A stretch of DNA of 37,752 bases from a virus (lineage: Duplodnaviria; Caudoviricetes). The stretch's first letter is position 1; every line of letters starts with the position of its first letter. This document shows positions 36,618-37,752 of this stretch, piece by piece. Position numbers and translations under genes: made by a program. Location: IMG/VR virus record IMGVR_UViG_3300044846_003459, positions 1-37,752 of that record; one strand, given 5' to 3'. Below the pieces are notes generated by a model. The model saw only the letters and a list, made by a program, of their open reading frames with translations. It made no database searches and was not told where the DNA came from.

Positions 36618-36905
36618 GCCGGAGCCCCGGCCGCTACCCTCCCGAACCCTGGAAACCGTGCCCACGTGCCCGGCCGGAGCCGATGGACAGACCGAAACGC
36701 GGAATTGCCGGAGCCCGCTACCCTCCCGACCGGCCGACGCTCGAAAGCCGGAGCCGATGGACACACCGAAACGCGGAACTGCCGAGCCGGTGAGCTGCCG
36801 GAGCCCGCGCCCCCACCCTCCCGAGCTGCCGGAGCCGGTGAGCCGGTGAGCCGGTGAGCCGGTGAGCCGGTGAGCCGGTGAGCCGGAGCCCCGGCCGCTA
36901 CCCTC
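36618..36905. repeat. Array of GCCGGAGCC / GCCGGTGA motifs and longer direct repeats
   Basis: (gccggtga) tandem about 6 times near 36834-36881. gccggagccccggccgctaccctc occurs twice (about 36618 and 36882). gccggagccgatggacaNaccgaaacgcggaa occurs twice (about 36673 and 36747). Confidence 0.85.
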
Positions 36906-37608
36906 ACACCTCATCATCCCCGACCAGCTCGACAAGCGGAGCCGGTGAGCGTTTAGCAAACACGCCACCGGCCGAGCTGCCGGAGCCGATGACCCGCGCC
37001 CCATCCGGCCCCGCTTGTCCTTGCGCCTCTTCCGCCCTTAGTCGCAGCTTCGCCCGGCCGCTTGCCAACGTTTTCTCCCTAGTCTCCGCCACGCTTTGCA
37101 GCGACTCGATGCCCGCCATCTTCGCCCAATGGCTTTGCAGCTTGAGGAGGTGAATTTCCCCGGCTTTCCGGCTTCCGTAAAGACCGATAAATGACTGGAC
37201 AAGCGAAAGCACCGCCTCCGCCGCTCCCGCGTCACTTTGCGATTTTGCGCACGCTTCCGCGATGCTCAAAAGCCGTTTTTCGAGGAGAGGAAGCCGTTCT
37301 AATTCAACGACTTGCGCATCAATACATGACCTGATTTTCATGCAATCGGATTCATGCTTTGCCAGCGTTTCAGCGTTTAAGCGCATAACTAGGCCATTTT
37401 CAGGGGTATTAGCAAGCACCGCCTCCGCCTCCGCCTCCCACGCTGGCAGCCACCGCCGCACCGTTTCCACGTGACAGCCCGCCAACTTCGCCAGCCGCTC
37501 GACATTGAGCACCCGCCGACCATCGCCCCCGCCGTATAGATACAGCCGCCGCGCCTCCCGGACTTCCGGCGTTTTCCCGTGTTTTTTCAGCTCACCAACT
37601 CCAGCCAT
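36904..37608 (-). CDS. HTH protein, probable terminase small subunit, 234 aa
   Basis: ATG at 37608. EARRLYL...NVERLAKLAGCHVETVRRW forms an HTH followed by helical oligomerisation-like segments. Confidence 0.5.
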   Translation of the reverse strand: MAGVGELKKHGKTPEVREARRLYLYGGGDGRRVLNVERLAKLAGCHVETVRRWLPAWEAEAEAVLANTPENGLVMRLNAETLAKHESDCMKIRSCIDAQVVELERLPLLEKRLLSIAEACAKSQSDAGAAEAVLSLVQSFIGLYGSRKAGEIHLLKLQSHWAKMAGIESLQSVAETREKTLASGRAKLRLRAEEAQGQAGPDGARVIGSGSSAGGVFAKRSPAPLVELVGDDEV

Positions 37609-37659
37609 AGGCCCGCACCATGCCACCCGCCGGAGCCGATGACAAGCCCCCAGGACGAT

Positions 37660-37749
37660 CAGCACCAGCACCAGCACCAGCACCAGCACCAGCACCAGCA
37701 CCAGCACCAGCACCAGCACCAGCACCAGCACCAGCACCAGCACCAGCAC
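37660..37749. repeat. (CAGCAC)15 microsatellite
   Basis: Perfect hexamer repeat reaching the window end. Confidence 0.95.
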
Positions 37750-37752
37750 CAC

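Noticed and set aside
36303-36905. Possible CRISPR array
   Set aside because: The repeats are directly tandem or irregular, with no unique equal-length spacers and no cas genes.
36481-37004. ORFs on both strands across the repeat block
   Set aside because: They are low-complexity translations of DNA repeats (PAHRLTGS, EPVSR) with no coding signature.
37609-37752. (VL)n N-terminal extension of the 282-aa ORF
   Set aside because: It is a translation of the microsatellite. ATG 37608 is the more plausible start.

Overview
The window is the virion morphogenesis and lysis region of a high-GC tailed phage. It looks podovirus-like: portal, adaptor, nozzle and large ejection proteins are present, and no tail tube or tape measure is visible. 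All credible genes lie on the minus strand. In transcription order (right to left) it holds: an HTH/terminase-small-like gene, a repeat-rich non-coding block, tail fibre/decoration genes, an SGNH esterase, holin/lipoprotein genes, five tiny basic proteins, an L,D-transpeptidase-type endolysin, large terminase, an Erv1/Alr-like CxxC protein, portal, scaffold, major capsid protein with a Calx-beta tail, a nozzle gene split around two glycosyltransferases, adaptor, GNAT-like protein, internal virion proteins, and a >1763 aa ORF (absent from the ORF track) that runs off the left edge. Main highlights: (1) a putative phage sulfhydryl oxidase (Erv1/Alr fold) between terminase and portal, matched by cysteine-rich outer virion proteins, suggesting an NCLDV-like cytoplasmic disulfide pathway in a bacteriophage; (2) a poly-serine nozzle half next to a glycosyltransferase cassette, suggesting virion glycosylation; (3) two small genes nested out of frame inside the giant gene; (4) a promoter motif seen three times and structured leaders. 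All functional calls come from motif recognition by eye, with no database search. A Verrucomicrobia/PVC-like host is only an inference from the SD-less, A/C-rich leaders.
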